A stretch of 64,000 bases of DNA, taken from NCBI GenBank assembly GCA_903919975.1, contig CAIXKE010000010.1, forward strand, positions 28,114-92,113, in the 5' to 3' direction. The notes under the pieces are model-generated. The model was given only the letters and a program-made list of their open reading frames with translations. It did no database searches and was not told the origin of the DNA. Positions 9,516-18,619 of the stretch are shown here, piece by piece. The stretch is from Akkermansiaceae bacterium (GTDB lineage Bacteria > Verrucomicrobiota > Verrucomicrobiia > Verrucomicrobiales > Akkermansiaceae). Numbering within the stretch: position 1 is the stretch's first letter; the number at the start of each line of letters is the position of its first letter. Position numbers and translations under genes: made by a program.

Positions 9516-10064
9516 TTAAAAGCGGTTGAAGCGTTCCCGCGTCGAGCGATGGGATAAATTGGGTGTGGAGAATATCTGGGTGGCGAAGATCATTCCATCC
9601 GAGTCCACAACCACTCCGATTCCAGAGTAGATCCAATTATCGAGCATGTTTTTATGGTGATCCTTTGATAATTTCCAGAGTGGGAGGATATCCCGAGCGT
9701 TGGGGCTGGCAGCAACGTTTTCGCTGACGTTGGACATATTAAGATGTTCGCGTGCAACGATGGTTCGTGCGTCGAAGCCGAAATGGCTGACGTTTTTTCC
9801 ATTGATGCTGAAGTTGCCGCGGTGTTTGCGGAGATATTCAGAATGAGATTGAGCGAGTTTATCCAAACCGCTGTGGCGTTGGAGGTCTTGGCCGCCCTGG
9901 CTGCGGCGGTAGGCATTGATGTCACTGAACAGGCGTGAGGAGAGGGAGTTGTCGGCACTTGAAGATGCCGAAACAGGAATGTGGGATGGTCCGGCAGGCG
10001 GATTGGCGCAAGATGCCAAGCTGGCAACGCAAACCACGGTCATAACTCGAATTTTAGTATTCAT
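9516..10064 (-). CDS. Secreted CAP/SCP-domain lipoprotein (YkwD-like)
   Basis: Signal peptide with lipobox LASC. INAYRRSQGG..L.....L...AQSHSEYL, SENVAAS and W..S..HHKNML....YSGIGV match the CAP domain pattern. Confidence 0.7.
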   Translation of the reverse strand: MNTKIRVMTVVCVASLASCANPPAGPSHIPVSASSSADNSLSSRLFSDINAYRRSQGGQDLQRHSGLDKLAQSHSEYLRKHRGNFSINGKNVSHFGFDARTIVAREHLNMSNVSENVAASPNARDILPLWKLSKDHHKNMLDNWIYSGIGVVVDSDGMIFATQIFSTPNLSHRSTRERFNRF

Positions 10065-10215
10065 TTTCTCTAAAAGTTAATTTTTAAAATCCACAAATTC
10101 ACAATTCTGTAAAGAAGAATTCAAAATAATCATGGTTGAATGGCTTGAAAAGTGAGGGCATTGAGAAATCCGCTTGCCCTCCGGGGCGGGAGTTTGCAGA
10201 TTGCCGCGCACCAAG

Positions 10216-10294
10216 GCGGCTTGGCGGAATTGGTAGACGCGCTCGACTCAAAATCGAGTTCTAACGAGTGTGGGTTCGAGTCCCACAGCCGCTA
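10216..10294 (+). tRNA. tRNA-Leu, anticodon CAA
   Basis: D-arm GCGGAATTGGTAGACGC, anticodon stem-loop CTCGA-CTCAAAA-TCGAG, long variable arm, T-arm GTGGG-TTCGAGT-CCCAC and a 7-bp acceptor stem. Closely parallels E. coli tRNA-Leu(CAA). No CCA is encoded. Ends are accurate to within a few nt. Confidence 0.85.
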
Positions 10295-10341
10295 CTTCCC
10301 GTATTTCGCGGGGCAGCCGATTTTTTTCAGGATAAAACGGC

Positions 10342-11160
10342 ATGACTCAACCTCGCATCATTGGAATCATCGCAGGCAGCGGAGTGTATCCGGAGACCTT
10401 CATGGTTTCCGCCCGGAAGAATTCGCCGGGTGTGAAGCTTGTAGTTGCGGCATTTCATGGTGAAACCAAGGCGGAGCTGGCGGATCAGGCGGATGCCATC
10501 GACTGGTTTCGGGTCGCGCAACTTGGGAAGGTGATTAAATTTTTCCGGAGCGAGGGGGTGACCGAGGCGGTGATGATGGGGCAGATTTCGCCGAGGAATT
10601 TGTTTGATTTGCGGCCGGATTTTCGGGTTTTGATGATTCTTGCCCGGGTTAGGGAGCGGAATGCCGAGACGCTTTTTGGAGCTATCGCGGATGAGTTGGG
10701 TAAGGATGGGATCGTTGTTCTTCCGGCCACCACGTTTTTGGAGGATCATCTTCCTGGGCTTGGGTATGTGTGCGGGCCGGTCTTTAAGAAACGCCAGCTT
10801 AGCGATGCGGAGTTTGGCTTTCGGATTGCAAAGCAAACGAGCGCCTTGGACATCGGCCAGAGTGTGGTGGTGCGCCACGGCACGGTCTTGGCGGTGGAGG
10901 CTTTCGAGGGGACCAATGCCTGCATCCGTCGCGGCGGGGACTTGGGCAATGGCAAGGACGTGATGCTGGTGAAGGTGTCCAAACCCAATCAGGACTTTCG
11001 TTTCGACGTGCCGGTGATCGGCCCGCAAACCATCGAGACCTGCGCGGCTGCGGGAATCTCGGGGATCGCCATCGAGGCTGGAAAAACGTTGTTGCTCGAA
11101 AAAACGGCCGTGGCGGAGCTTTGCGCGCGGCATAAGATCGGGATTCACGCGGTGGCGTGA
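10342..11160 (+). CDS. lpxI: UDP-2,3-diacylglucosamine pyrophosphatase LpxI (DUF1009)
   Basis: IGIIAGSGVYP N-terminus, DIGQSVVVRHGTVLAVEAFEGTN.CIRRGG and DFRFDVPVIGPQTIE are LpxI family signatures. Confidence 0.75.
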   Translation: MTQPRIIGIIAGSGVYPETFMVSARKNSPGVKLVVAAFHGETKAELADQADAIDWFRVAQLGKVIKFFRSEGVTEAVMMGQISPRNLFDLRPDFRVLMILARVRERNAETLFGAIADELGKDGIVVLPATTFLEDHLPGLGYVCGPVFKKRQLSDAEFGFRIAKQTSALDIGQSVVVRHGTVLAVEAFEGTNACIRRGGDLGNGKDVMLVKVSKPNQDFRFDVPVIGPQTIETCAAAGISGIAIEAGKTLLLEKTAVAELCARHKIGIHAVA

Positions 11161-11217
11161 TGGATTTTGAAGGTGTTCGCGCTTGGCGGGCGCGGGGGCA
11201 AGTGGCTTGATGCGGAG

Positions 11218-12426
11218 ATGAACGAAACGGGTGGTCGATTGCGCATTGAATTGTTTCCGCGGGCGGAGGCGGCGGTGAGGCGTGGGCATCCGTGGGTGTA
11301 TGGCGAGAGCATCAAAGGGCAAAACCGTGAAGGTGAAGTGGGGGAGTTGGCGGTAATGTATGATCGGAATAATCGATTTATGGCGGTGGGGCTGTATGAT
11401 CCCACTTCGCCGATCCGGGTGCGGATCGTGCATTGCGGGAAGCCGGCGATGATTGATCGGGCTTGGTGGTTAGAGAAAGTGCGGAGCTGTGTTGAACGGC
11501 GCGAGGGATCGGTGGTGAACGCCGGAACAAATGGTGCGCGCTTGATCAATGGGGAGAGCGAGGGTTTTCCCGGGTTGGTGCTGGATCGTTATGCGGGGAC
11601 CTTGGTGGCGAAACTTTACACGGCGGCGTGGTTGCCGCGTTGGGAAGAGATGGAGGGAGTGATTCGGGAGGTGCTGGAACCGCAACATTTGGTGTTGAGG
11701 CTGAGCCGGAATATTCAGGAGGATGCGGCGAAACACTGGGGCCTGGAAGAAGGTTTCCGTGGCGAGGCGGGAGATGAAATCGTGGTGTTTTCGGAGAACG
11801 GCATTCGTTTCGAGGCCGCGGTCATCAACGGGCAGAAGACTGGATTTTTCCTCGATCAACGCGACAACCGCACACGGGTGGAAACGCTGGCGGCCGGGCG
11901 TGAGGTGTTGAATGTGTTCAGTTTTTCGGGTGGTTTTTCGCTGTATGCGGCGCGGGGTGGTGCGAAGTCGGTGACGGATTTGGATATCAGCGGGCACGCG
12001 TTGGAAAGTGCGGATCGGAATTACCAGTTGAACGAGGGTGATGCCCGGATTGCGGGGGTTTCCCGGGAAACCGTGCGTGCGGATGCGTTCAAGTGGATGG
12101 ATGAAGATCCGCGGACTTATGACATGATCATCGTCGATCCTCCATCGCTGGCGAAGCGGGAGAAGGAACGGGAGGGTGCGATCCGCGCCTATCAACGGCT
12201 CAACGGACGGGCGATCGAGCGATTGCCGCCGGGTGGGATTTTGGTGGCGGCCTCATGTTCCGCGCACGTCTCGGAAGTGGAGTTTTATGATATCGTTAGA
12301 TCGGCGGCCATGCGCAGTGGTAGATCCTGGCGGGAGCTGTGGACGAGCGGTCACGCGGAGGATCATCCGGCGGGTTTTGCCGAGGCTCGGTATCTCAAGG
12401 CGCTTTGTCTAGAGTTTGAATGCTAG
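11218..12426 (+). CDS. rlmI: SAM-dependent 23S rRNA (cytosine-C5) methyltransferase, RlmI-like
   Basis: RRGHPWVY (PUA/EVE N-terminus), GFPGLVLDRYAGTLV, GQKTGFFLDQRDNR, VLNVFSFSGGFSLYA and IIVDPPS. ATG at 11218 chosen over the TTG at 11167. Confidence 0.7.
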   Translation: MNETGGRLRIELFPRAEAAVRRGHPWVYGESIKGQNREGEVGELAVMYDRNNRFMAVGLYDPTSPIRVRIVHCGKPAMIDRAWWLEKVRSCVERREGSVVNAGTNGARLINGESEGFPGLVLDRYAGTLVAKLYTAAWLPRWEEMEGVIREVLEPQHLVLRLSRNIQEDAAKHWGLEEGFRGEAGDEIVVFSENGIRFEAAVINGQKTGFFLDQRDNRTRVETLAAGREVLNVFSFSGGFSLYAARGGAKSVTDLDISGHALESADRNYQLNEGDARIAGVSRETVRADAFKWMDEDPRTYDMIIVDPPSLAKREKEREGAIRAYQRLNGRAIERLPPGGILVAASCSAHVSEVEFYDIVRSAAMRSGRSWRELWTSGHAEDHPAGFAEARYLKALCLEFEC

Positions 12427-12554
12427 GAATTTGCTTTTGGGATGATGGCCGGTGAGAATGCTCATTTGGGGACAGAAGGGCGGGGAAAAAGGGGTTGGTG
12501 TGCCGTGGGGGTCCTACGGATTCAATTCAGGGGTCACACAAGAAGACGTAAGCC

Positions 12555-13004
12555 TTGAGGAAGCTCGAAAACTTGGCTTTAGCGTTGCTGTCATTGACGC
12601 CCGAGGAAGAGAAGATCGATGATGACACCTGGGCGTCCGTGCGCAACATGAACCCAGCCATCAAGCACAAGCTCATTGCCGAGATCGAGGCTGGCCCCAA
12701 GCCGCGAGACATCCGAGAGGTGGCGCGAGAAGCTGCCGCCGAAACCCGCCGCATTATGCTGAATCGTGGCCTTGCCGATGCTGAAGTGCGGGGAGATGCG
12801 TCAAAGGCAGCGAAATACCGGAAAGCAATTGTTGAGCTTCCGACTCCCGGCCTGAAAGTCTGGCGGGACGATGGCGGCAAGAGCGTGCTTGAGATCGTGC
12901 GCCAAACGGCTATTGTCGCGGTGTTGCCAGATGACTTCCGAAGAGTTTTACACCCAGATGGAGAAATCTCTGGGCAAGAAGACTACCTTGATCGATCCGA
13001 GTAA
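12555..13004 (+). pseudogene. Orphan ORF fragment, possibly from a mobile-element polyvalent protein; no recognisable domain
   Basis: Opens at a TTG immediately after an in-frame TAA (12549-12551) and has no ATG start. Composition is charged and helical. Lies in a lower-GC islet between rlmI and the dehydrogenase gene. Confidence 0.3.
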
Positions 13005-13040
13005 ATCCAGATCATTGAAGGCGAAGCGCGTAGGCTAGGA

Positions 13041-13434
13041 TTGTTATATGACGGATTGGAGCTACGGGTTGAAGGCGGGCGTGAGCACGATTGGGCTTAT
13101 GATGATGCCAGCGGAACCTTGCTGAAATTCACCAAGCCTTCGAGTGCTGCATACGTTGTGGAAATCCTGAATGGAAAGCCTCGGTTATCCAATGGAGATC
13201 CGCTTGAATACCTCGACCGGCTGATTCTTCATAACGAAGTTTTCGGAGAATTCACCCGTTTCGTGGGAATCGGCGGTCTGCCAAATAATCGCCGGATAAT
13301 CACAAGGCAGGAAAGAATCAAAGGTCGCGAGGCTCGATGGGACGAAATTGTCCGGCTAATGGTAGATGATCTTGGATTCACTAAGTTGAGGCACAATTTT
13401 GGCATCGGTTACGAGGATTCATATGGTTTTATCA
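13041..13434 (+). pseudogene. C-terminally truncated kinase-like domain of the type found in phage/plasmid polyvalent proteins (recollection-level call)
   Basis: GREHDWAYDDASGTLLKFTKP ... EYLDRLILHNEVFGEFTRFVGI ... IITRQERIKG...EIVRLMVDDLGF resembles, from memory, the polyvalent-protein kinase-like domain. The expected catalytic DxxxxN part is missing. The ORF runs into the 3' end of the convergent gene and starts at TTG. Confidence 0.35.
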
Positions 13435-16023
13435 TTATTTTTGGAAAGCCTTGTCCTTGGGGTTGCCGGCGGATTGGAGGTAGGCGATGAGATTGAGAAG
13501 CTCCTCTTGGTTTAGGGCATTGATGAGTCCGGCTGGCATCATCGAGATGTTGAATGGTTGGCGCTGCTGGACTTGTTCCGCATCCAAGGTGGTCAGCACG
13601 TCGGGGGCGAAAGCGCTCGTCATCACGAAGATTTTGCCGTTTTCCTCGACGATGACCCGACCGATCACGGTGGATCCGTCTTTGAGTCCGATTTGCTCTG
13701 TGCCGTATTGGTCGCTGATGACTTTGGAGGGTTCGATGATGTTATCCATCAAGTCGGAAACGGTATAGCGTTTGCCAGATGCGGTTAGATCGGGGCCGAT
13801 GTTTCCGCCATCGCCATTCATCTTGTGGCAATTGATACAAAGTGTGCTCGAATACATTGCTTTGCCTTGTTCGAAGTTGCGGCCTTTGAGTCCATTGGCG
13901 ACGAGGGCGACAACGTCTGCGGTGGTGTAGTTTTTTCCCGGGCCTTTGGGGGCGACGAGATTGGCGGGCGGGGCGGGCAGGGCTTGTTTGGAAAGTTGAT
14001 CGAGGGCCGCGCGTTCGGTGGCGTCGGGGACTATGTTGGTGAGAGCTTCGGCACGGATGTTGTTGATGAACTTGGTGAAGCTGTTGCCGCCGCGCCACTT
14101 GGTTGTGGTCGGAAACCAGCTGAAGAATGTCTTCCGGAGTTCTGGGGTCCAACCAGTTTTAGCTTCGCGGAGCGAATAGGCATAGGAGATGGCTTGGCGG
14201 TTGGGTTGGCTGTTGTTCATGCCTTCCACCGCTTTGCTGTATCGGCCGTTGCGTGAGAGAATTTCCGCGCTGGAAATGGTGATGTCGGTATCTTTGGCGG
14301 TGCCGAGCATGGGCACTGTTTTTGCAACGATGCTAGTGGAACCCAGATAGCTGAGGAGTGAAACGAGTTCGCGGTTGGCAAACGGATCGGTGGCTGGAAA
14401 TAGCGGATCGAGCTTGGCGGCGATCTGTGCGCAAACTTCGGGAGAGGGCCGTCCCATGCGGGTGAAGGTCAGTTCCCAGACGCGTAGCAATGGCAGGCGA
14501 AGATCGGTGGGTAGTTTCTGATAGTTCAGCTTATCCAATGCGACGATGAGGCGTGGTTGAAGTGATTTGTCGCCGATGCGAGCCAAGGCCATGAGTGCTT
14601 CCAGCGAAGCTTGCGGATTTTTCTCGGCGAGGGCGTTTTCCGCCCAGAGAGTGGATGGCTGGCGTTCGATGGCGGCGCGGGCGGCCCATCGGATGAAACG
14701 GTCGGTGTGGCTGAGATTTGGCCATGCTTTGGCAATCGCCTCGGGACCAGTGCCCTCGGCGTGGAGGGCTTCCAGTTGGTGCCGCAATTTCGCCTCGGGC
14801 GTTATCGCGACGGGAGGGGCGGCTTTGCTGCTTTCTTTTCCGTTGTAGGTGATGCGGTAGAGACCGGATTGGTTGCCGCGTCCACCGATGGTCACATAGA
14901 GGGCTCCGTCGGTTTTTGAGATCACGGCATCCGTCACGGAGAAACCGTTTCCGGAAAGGAAGTCTTCTTTCTCGCCGGTGAAGCTTGCGCCATCGGGCTT
15001 GAGGTGGATCGCCCAGATTGTGCCGAATGTCCAGTCGAGGGCGAATAAGGCCCGTTGGTATTTTGTCGGAAACTTCGCGCCCGTGCCAAACACCGTGCCG
15101 GTGGGTGAACCGGGGCCGATGTCCACCGTTTCAGGCAGTGAATCCGCATAATAACTGGGCCAGCGACCCGCACCGGAGCGCCATCCATAGTCGCCACTGC
15201 TGACGATATGGTTGATGCGGGTGGGTATAAACCAGGGGGTGCCCATGTCCCATTCCATGTCGGAGTCGAAGGTAAAAAGTTCACCGTTGGCGTCGAAGGC
15301 GATGTCATACTGGTTGCGGAAGCCGCCTGCGATGAGTTCGACGCGTTTGCCCTCGGGGTCGGTTTTGCAGACATAGCCGCCGGGTGCGAGGATGCCTCTG
15401 GCATGGCCGTTGGCGTCCCATAGGCGGGTGATCAGGTGATCTTCTCCGATGGCCACGGGGCGTGAGTATTCGAGGTTGTCCGGCAATTTCGTATGGTTGC
15501 CATTGGCGAAGTAGAGAGACTTTCCATCGGGTGAGAGAGCGATCCCATGAGTGCCGTGCTCGCCGCTACCTTGGCATTTGCGGAGTTGTTCGCCTTTGTC
15601 GTATTGATCATCGTTATCCGTATCGTGCAAACGCCAGAGCCCCTTGGCACCTTTTTCGTTGGTCATCACATAGAGGCTATCGAAGGCATAAAGTAGGCCG
15701 TGAGCGCCACCGATCGTCTGAATATTGAGATCTTTTGGGAGTTGGAGCGGTTCTACCAGTGCTCCATCGGTTTTGCCGATCGGGGGAACGGTCACGCGGA
15801 AGAAGCCTCCGCCTTGATCGCCCGTGATGAGGCGGCCTTTGGCATCTTCAGTCATGGAAACCCACGAGCCTTGTTGTTCTTTGGGAACGGTGTAAATGAG
15901 CTCAACCTTGAAGCCAGGAGCGATTTTGAGCGTAGCAGGGTCGGTTGCTGGCCCCGCATGGGCAAGTTGCGGCGCGATGAGAGACAATGCTGGGAGCAAG
16001 AAGGTAGGGATAATGAATTTCAT
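13435..16023 (-). CDS. PVC-type membrane-bound dehydrogenase-domain protein with HEAT-like middle region and C-terminal cytochrome c (CxxCH) domain
   Basis: Signal peptide MKFIIPTFLLPALSLIAPQLAHA. N-terminal beta-propeller-like region (PGFKVELIYTVPKEQQGSWVSMT). C-terminal CINCHKMNGDGGNIGPDL heme-binding motif typical of the Pirellula/Verrucomicrobium heme-binding domain families. Start set at ATG 16023. Confidence 0.75.
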   Translation of the reverse strand: MKFIIPTFLLPALSLIAPQLAHAGPATDPATLKIAPGFKVELIYTVPKEQQGSWVSMTEDAKGRLITGDQGGGFFRVTVPPIGKTDGALVEPLQLPKDLNIQTIGGAHGLLYAFDSLYVMTNEKGAKGLWRLHDTDNDDQYDKGEQLRKCQGSGEHGTHGIALSPDGKSLYFANGNHTKLPDNLEYSRPVAIGEDHLITRLWDANGHARGILAPGGYVCKTDPEGKRVELIAGGFRNQYDIAFDANGELFTFDSDMEWDMGTPWFIPTRINHIVSSGDYGWRSGAGRWPSYYADSLPETVDIGPGSPTGTVFGTGAKFPTKYQRALFALDWTFGTIWAIHLKPDGASFTGEKEDFLSGNGFSVTDAVISKTDGALYVTIGGRGNQSGLYRITYNGKESSKAAPPVAITPEAKLRHQLEALHAEGTGPEAIAKAWPNLSHTDRFIRWAARAAIERQPSTLWAENALAEKNPQASLEALMALARIGDKSLQPRLIVALDKLNYQKLPTDLRLPLLRVWELTFTRMGRPSPEVCAQIAAKLDPLFPATDPFANRELVSLLSYLGSTSIVAKTVPMLGTAKDTDITISSAEILSRNGRYSKAVEGMNNSQPNRQAISYAYSLREAKTGWTPELRKTFFSWFPTTTKWRGGNSFTKFINNIRAEALTNIVPDATERAALDQLSKQALPAPPANLVAPKGPGKNYTTADVVALVANGLKGRNFEQGKAMYSSTLCINCHKMNGDGGNIGPDLTASGKRYTVSDLMDNIIEPSKVISDQYGTEQIGLKDGSTVIGRVIVEENGKIFVMTSAFAPDVLTTLDAEQVQQRQPFNISMMPAGLINALNQEELLNLIAYLQSAGNPKDKAFQK

Positions 16024-16290
16024 CGGAGGATGGTGGCAGGCTTGCGTCATACTCCGACATGCGGGCCGCCTTTTCAAAAATCGAGAGATTCGGGATAATT
16101 CTCAAGGATTTCTGCAAATCCCTGATTTTCCATGTCGGAGTAGGATTTCCCCTTGCCAAGTCGCTGGGATTTCCATACCCCGTGCGCCCCTTCACGCCGC
16201 ACACACACCAACGAAGACCCGGGGAAATCCACATGCGGCGGGTCTTTAAGAATCGCCCGACCTGAATCAAGGCGGGAAACCAAAGTATCC

Positions 16291-16974
16291 ATGATTAACG
16301 AACTCATCAATGAAATGGTGGACGCAGGCGTCCATTACGGTCACCAAACGAAAAAATGGAATCCACGCATGAAGCCCTTCCTTATGAAGGACAAAGGCGG
16401 GATCTACATCATCGACCTCGAGAAAACCGTCCAACAGCTCGATAAAGCTTCGACATTTCTCGGCGAACTCGTCGGCAAGGGCAAAAAAGTCCTTTTCGTC
16501 GGCTGCAAGCGCCAAGCCCAAGACGCGATCCGCGAAGCGGCTGAAGCGACCGGCCAGCACTACGTCAACCATCGTTGGCTCGGCGGCATGCTCACGAACA
16601 GCCTCACCGTCCGCAAGAGCGTGGAGCGGCTCAAGTATCTTGAAACCATCGAGAAACAACCGGAATTTAAGGCCATGTCCAAGAAGGAACTCGCCGCCCT
16701 CGGCCGTGAGCGCGAAAAACTTCTGCGCAACCTCCGCGGTGTGCGTGACATGGACTCCAAGCCGGATGCCGTGGTGATCGTGGACTCCGCTCGCGAAACC
16801 ATCGCCGTCGCCGAAGCCCGCCGCTTGAATATTCCAATTGTCGCCCTTGTGGACACCAATGCCGATCCGGCTCTCGTGCAATACCCGATCCCGGGTAATG
16901 ACGACGCGATCCGCTCGATCCGTCTCATCCTCCAAAATTTGGTGGATGCTATGGTCGCCGCCCGCAAGAACTGA
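16291..16974 (+). CDS. rpsB: 30S ribosomal protein S2
   Basis: MINELINEMVDAGVHYGHQTKKWNPRM and the later NADP..V.YPIPGNDDAIRSI motif. Start set at ATG 16291. Confidence 0.95.
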   Translation: MINELINEMVDAGVHYGHQTKKWNPRMKPFLMKDKGGIYIIDLEKTVQQLDKASTFLGELVGKGKKVLFVGCKRQAQDAIREAAEATGQHYVNHRWLGGMLTNSLTVRKSVERLKYLETIEKQPEFKAMSKKELAALGREREKLLRNLRGVRDMDSKPDAVVIVDSARETIAVAEARRLNIPIVALVDTNADPALVQYPIPGNDDAIRSIRLILQNLVDAMVAARKN

Positions 16975-16990
16975 TCTTTTGATTTCCTCC

Positions 16991-17018
16991 GGGTGGCTTG
17001 TCTGACGACAGGCCACCC
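16991..17018 (+). terminator. Hairpin in the rpsB-tsf spacer (possible attenuator)
   Basis: GGGTGGCTTGTC-TGAC-GACAGGCCACCC (12-bp stem, one mismatch) followed by a T-rich CTTCTTTTCCC. Confidence 0.4.
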
Positions 17019-17054
17019 TTCTTTTCCCACACCACCTATCACTTTATTTCTACT

Positions 17055-17921
17055 ATGATCACTGCTGCCATTGTCAAAGAACTCCGCGACAAAACCAACG
17101 CCGGCATGATGGACTGCAAGAAAGTCCTGACTGAAACCAACGGCGACATCGAAGCGTCCATCAAGCTCCTCCGCGAGCGTGGAATCGCCAAGGCTGGTGC
17201 CAAGGCTGACCGCGCTGCTAACGAAGGCGTCATCACCGCCCGCGTCAACGCTGCTGCCACCGCAGGCATCCTGCTCGAAGTCAACTGCGAGACCGACTTT
17301 GTTTCCAAGAATGATAACTTCCAGGCGTTTGTCGCGAAAATCGCCGACACCCTTGCCGCCACCAACGCGGTGGACCACGCTGCCGCTCTTGTGGTGAGCA
17401 TGGGCGAATACAACCTCGAGGACACCGTCAAATCGAAGGTGCTCGAAGTCGGAGAAAACCTTCAGTTCCGCAAATACGTGCGTTATGACGCGGCTCCTGG
17501 CGGTGTTGTTGCCGCTTACATTCACCCTCCGGGTAAAGTGGGTGTGTTGATCGAAGTGGGCACCACCAAGCCGGAAACGGCTGGCACGGATTCCTTCAAG
17601 GAACTCATCAAGGATCTCACCCTGCACATCGCCGCCTGCGCGCCGAAGGGACTTTCCCGCGACGACATTCCGCAATCGGTGGTGGACACGGAATTGGATA
17701 TCTTCCGCGCCCGCCTTGCTGCTGAAGGCAAGCCTGCCAACATCATCGAGAACATCCTGAAGGGGCAGATCGGCAAGTTCTTTGCTGAAAGCTGCTTCCT
17801 TGAGCAAGCATTCGTGAAGGACTCCGACATCAAGGTCGCGTCTCTTCTCGAAGCGAAGGGCAAGGAACTCGGCGACACCCTCACGGTGACCCGCTTCGTG
17901 CGCTTCGGCCTCGGCGAGTAA
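17055..17921 (+). CDS. tsf: Translation elongation factor Ts
   Basis: MITAAIVKELRDKTNAGMMDCKKVLTETNGDIEASIKLLRERG (UBA-like N-terminus) and CETDFV motif. Start set at ATG 17055. Confidence 0.95.
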   Translation: MITAAIVKELRDKTNAGMMDCKKVLTETNGDIEASIKLLRERGIAKAGAKADRAANEGVITARVNAAATAGILLEVNCETDFVSKNDNFQAFVAKIADTLAATNAVDHAAALVVSMGEYNLEDTVKSKVLEVGENLQFRKYVRYDAAPGGVVAAYIHPPGKVGVLIEVGTTKPETAGTDSFKELIKDLTLHIAACAPKGLSRDDIPQSVVDTELDIFRARLAAEGKPANIIENILKGQIGKFFAESCFLEQAFVKDSDIKVASLLEAKGKELGDTLTVTRFVRFGLGE

Positions 17922-17942
17922 TCACACTGCCTAACTATTCTA

Positions 17943-17979
17943 AAACGCCCGTCTCCCTCGTGGAGACGGGCGTTTTTTT
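17943..17979 (+). terminator. Rho-independent terminator of rpsB-tsf
   Basis: ACGCCCGTCTCC-CTCGT-GGAGACGGGCGT 12-bp GC-rich stem followed by T7. Confidence 0.85.
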
Positions 17980-18045
17980 GTGTTATACGATGAAATAGGG
18001 ATTCGGATTGACGGAGGCGGATCGTGGAGGAAGATCACTTCCGCT

Positions 18046-18435
18046 ATGCTCAAATCCGGAATTCTCAACCCGCATATTCTTGATCTCATCGCCCGAGTTC
18101 GTCATACCAACACCTTGGTGATTGCCGACTGGGCGTTTCCCTTCTGGCCGGAAATCGAAACGGTCGACATCTCGCTCACCCATGGCATCCCGACGGTTCT
18201 TGATGTGCTCGATTTGCTAACACCCGTTTTTAAAATCGGCCGTATCTGGCAAGCTGAGGAATTTGTGGCGACCAACACACCGGGAAATATCGCGCGTTTC
18301 GCGAAATCATTCGGTGATATTCCGTTGACGCGTGAGGCGCACATCGATTTCAAAAAGCGCGTGCCGCTCGCCATCGGCCTGATCCGCACTGGAGATCCGA
18401 CGCCTTATGGCAATGTGATTTTGGAATCGGCTTGA
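18046..18435 (+). CDS. RbsD/FucU-family sugar mutarotase/pyranase
   Basis: MLKSGILNPHILDLIARVRHTNTLVIADWAFPF matches the RbsD/FucU pattern (L.......l...GH.d.ivI.Da.fP). Start set at ATG 18046. Confidence 0.65.
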   Translation: MLKSGILNPHILDLIARVRHTNTLVIADWAFPFWPEIETVDISLTHGIPTVLDVLDLLTPVFKIGRIWQAEEFVATNTPGNIARFAKSFGDIPLTREAHIDFKKRVPLAIGLIRTGDPTPYGNVILESA

Positions 18436-18619
18436 AGGGCGTAGTCACCTCGTTCAGGTCACGCTGTGCCGGGCGGTGAGTGCGTGAATGTGCCTGTGGT
18501 GGAATTTTACGAAATCTTAACAAACCTGCGAGGAACCCTTCTTCGTTTGCGGAGTTTCAATGGATGTCGCGACACTGCCAGTTGCAGTATCGTGGCAACC
18601 AACCAAGAAACCAAACATT

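Noticed and set aside
10216-12426. tRNA-Leu as an integration site for a genomic island
   Set aside because: The genes immediately downstream (lpxI, rlmI) are housekeeping genes. No integrase and no direct repeat of the tRNA 3' end are visible. The lower-GC islet at 12.4-13.4 kb is separated from the tRNA by these core genes.
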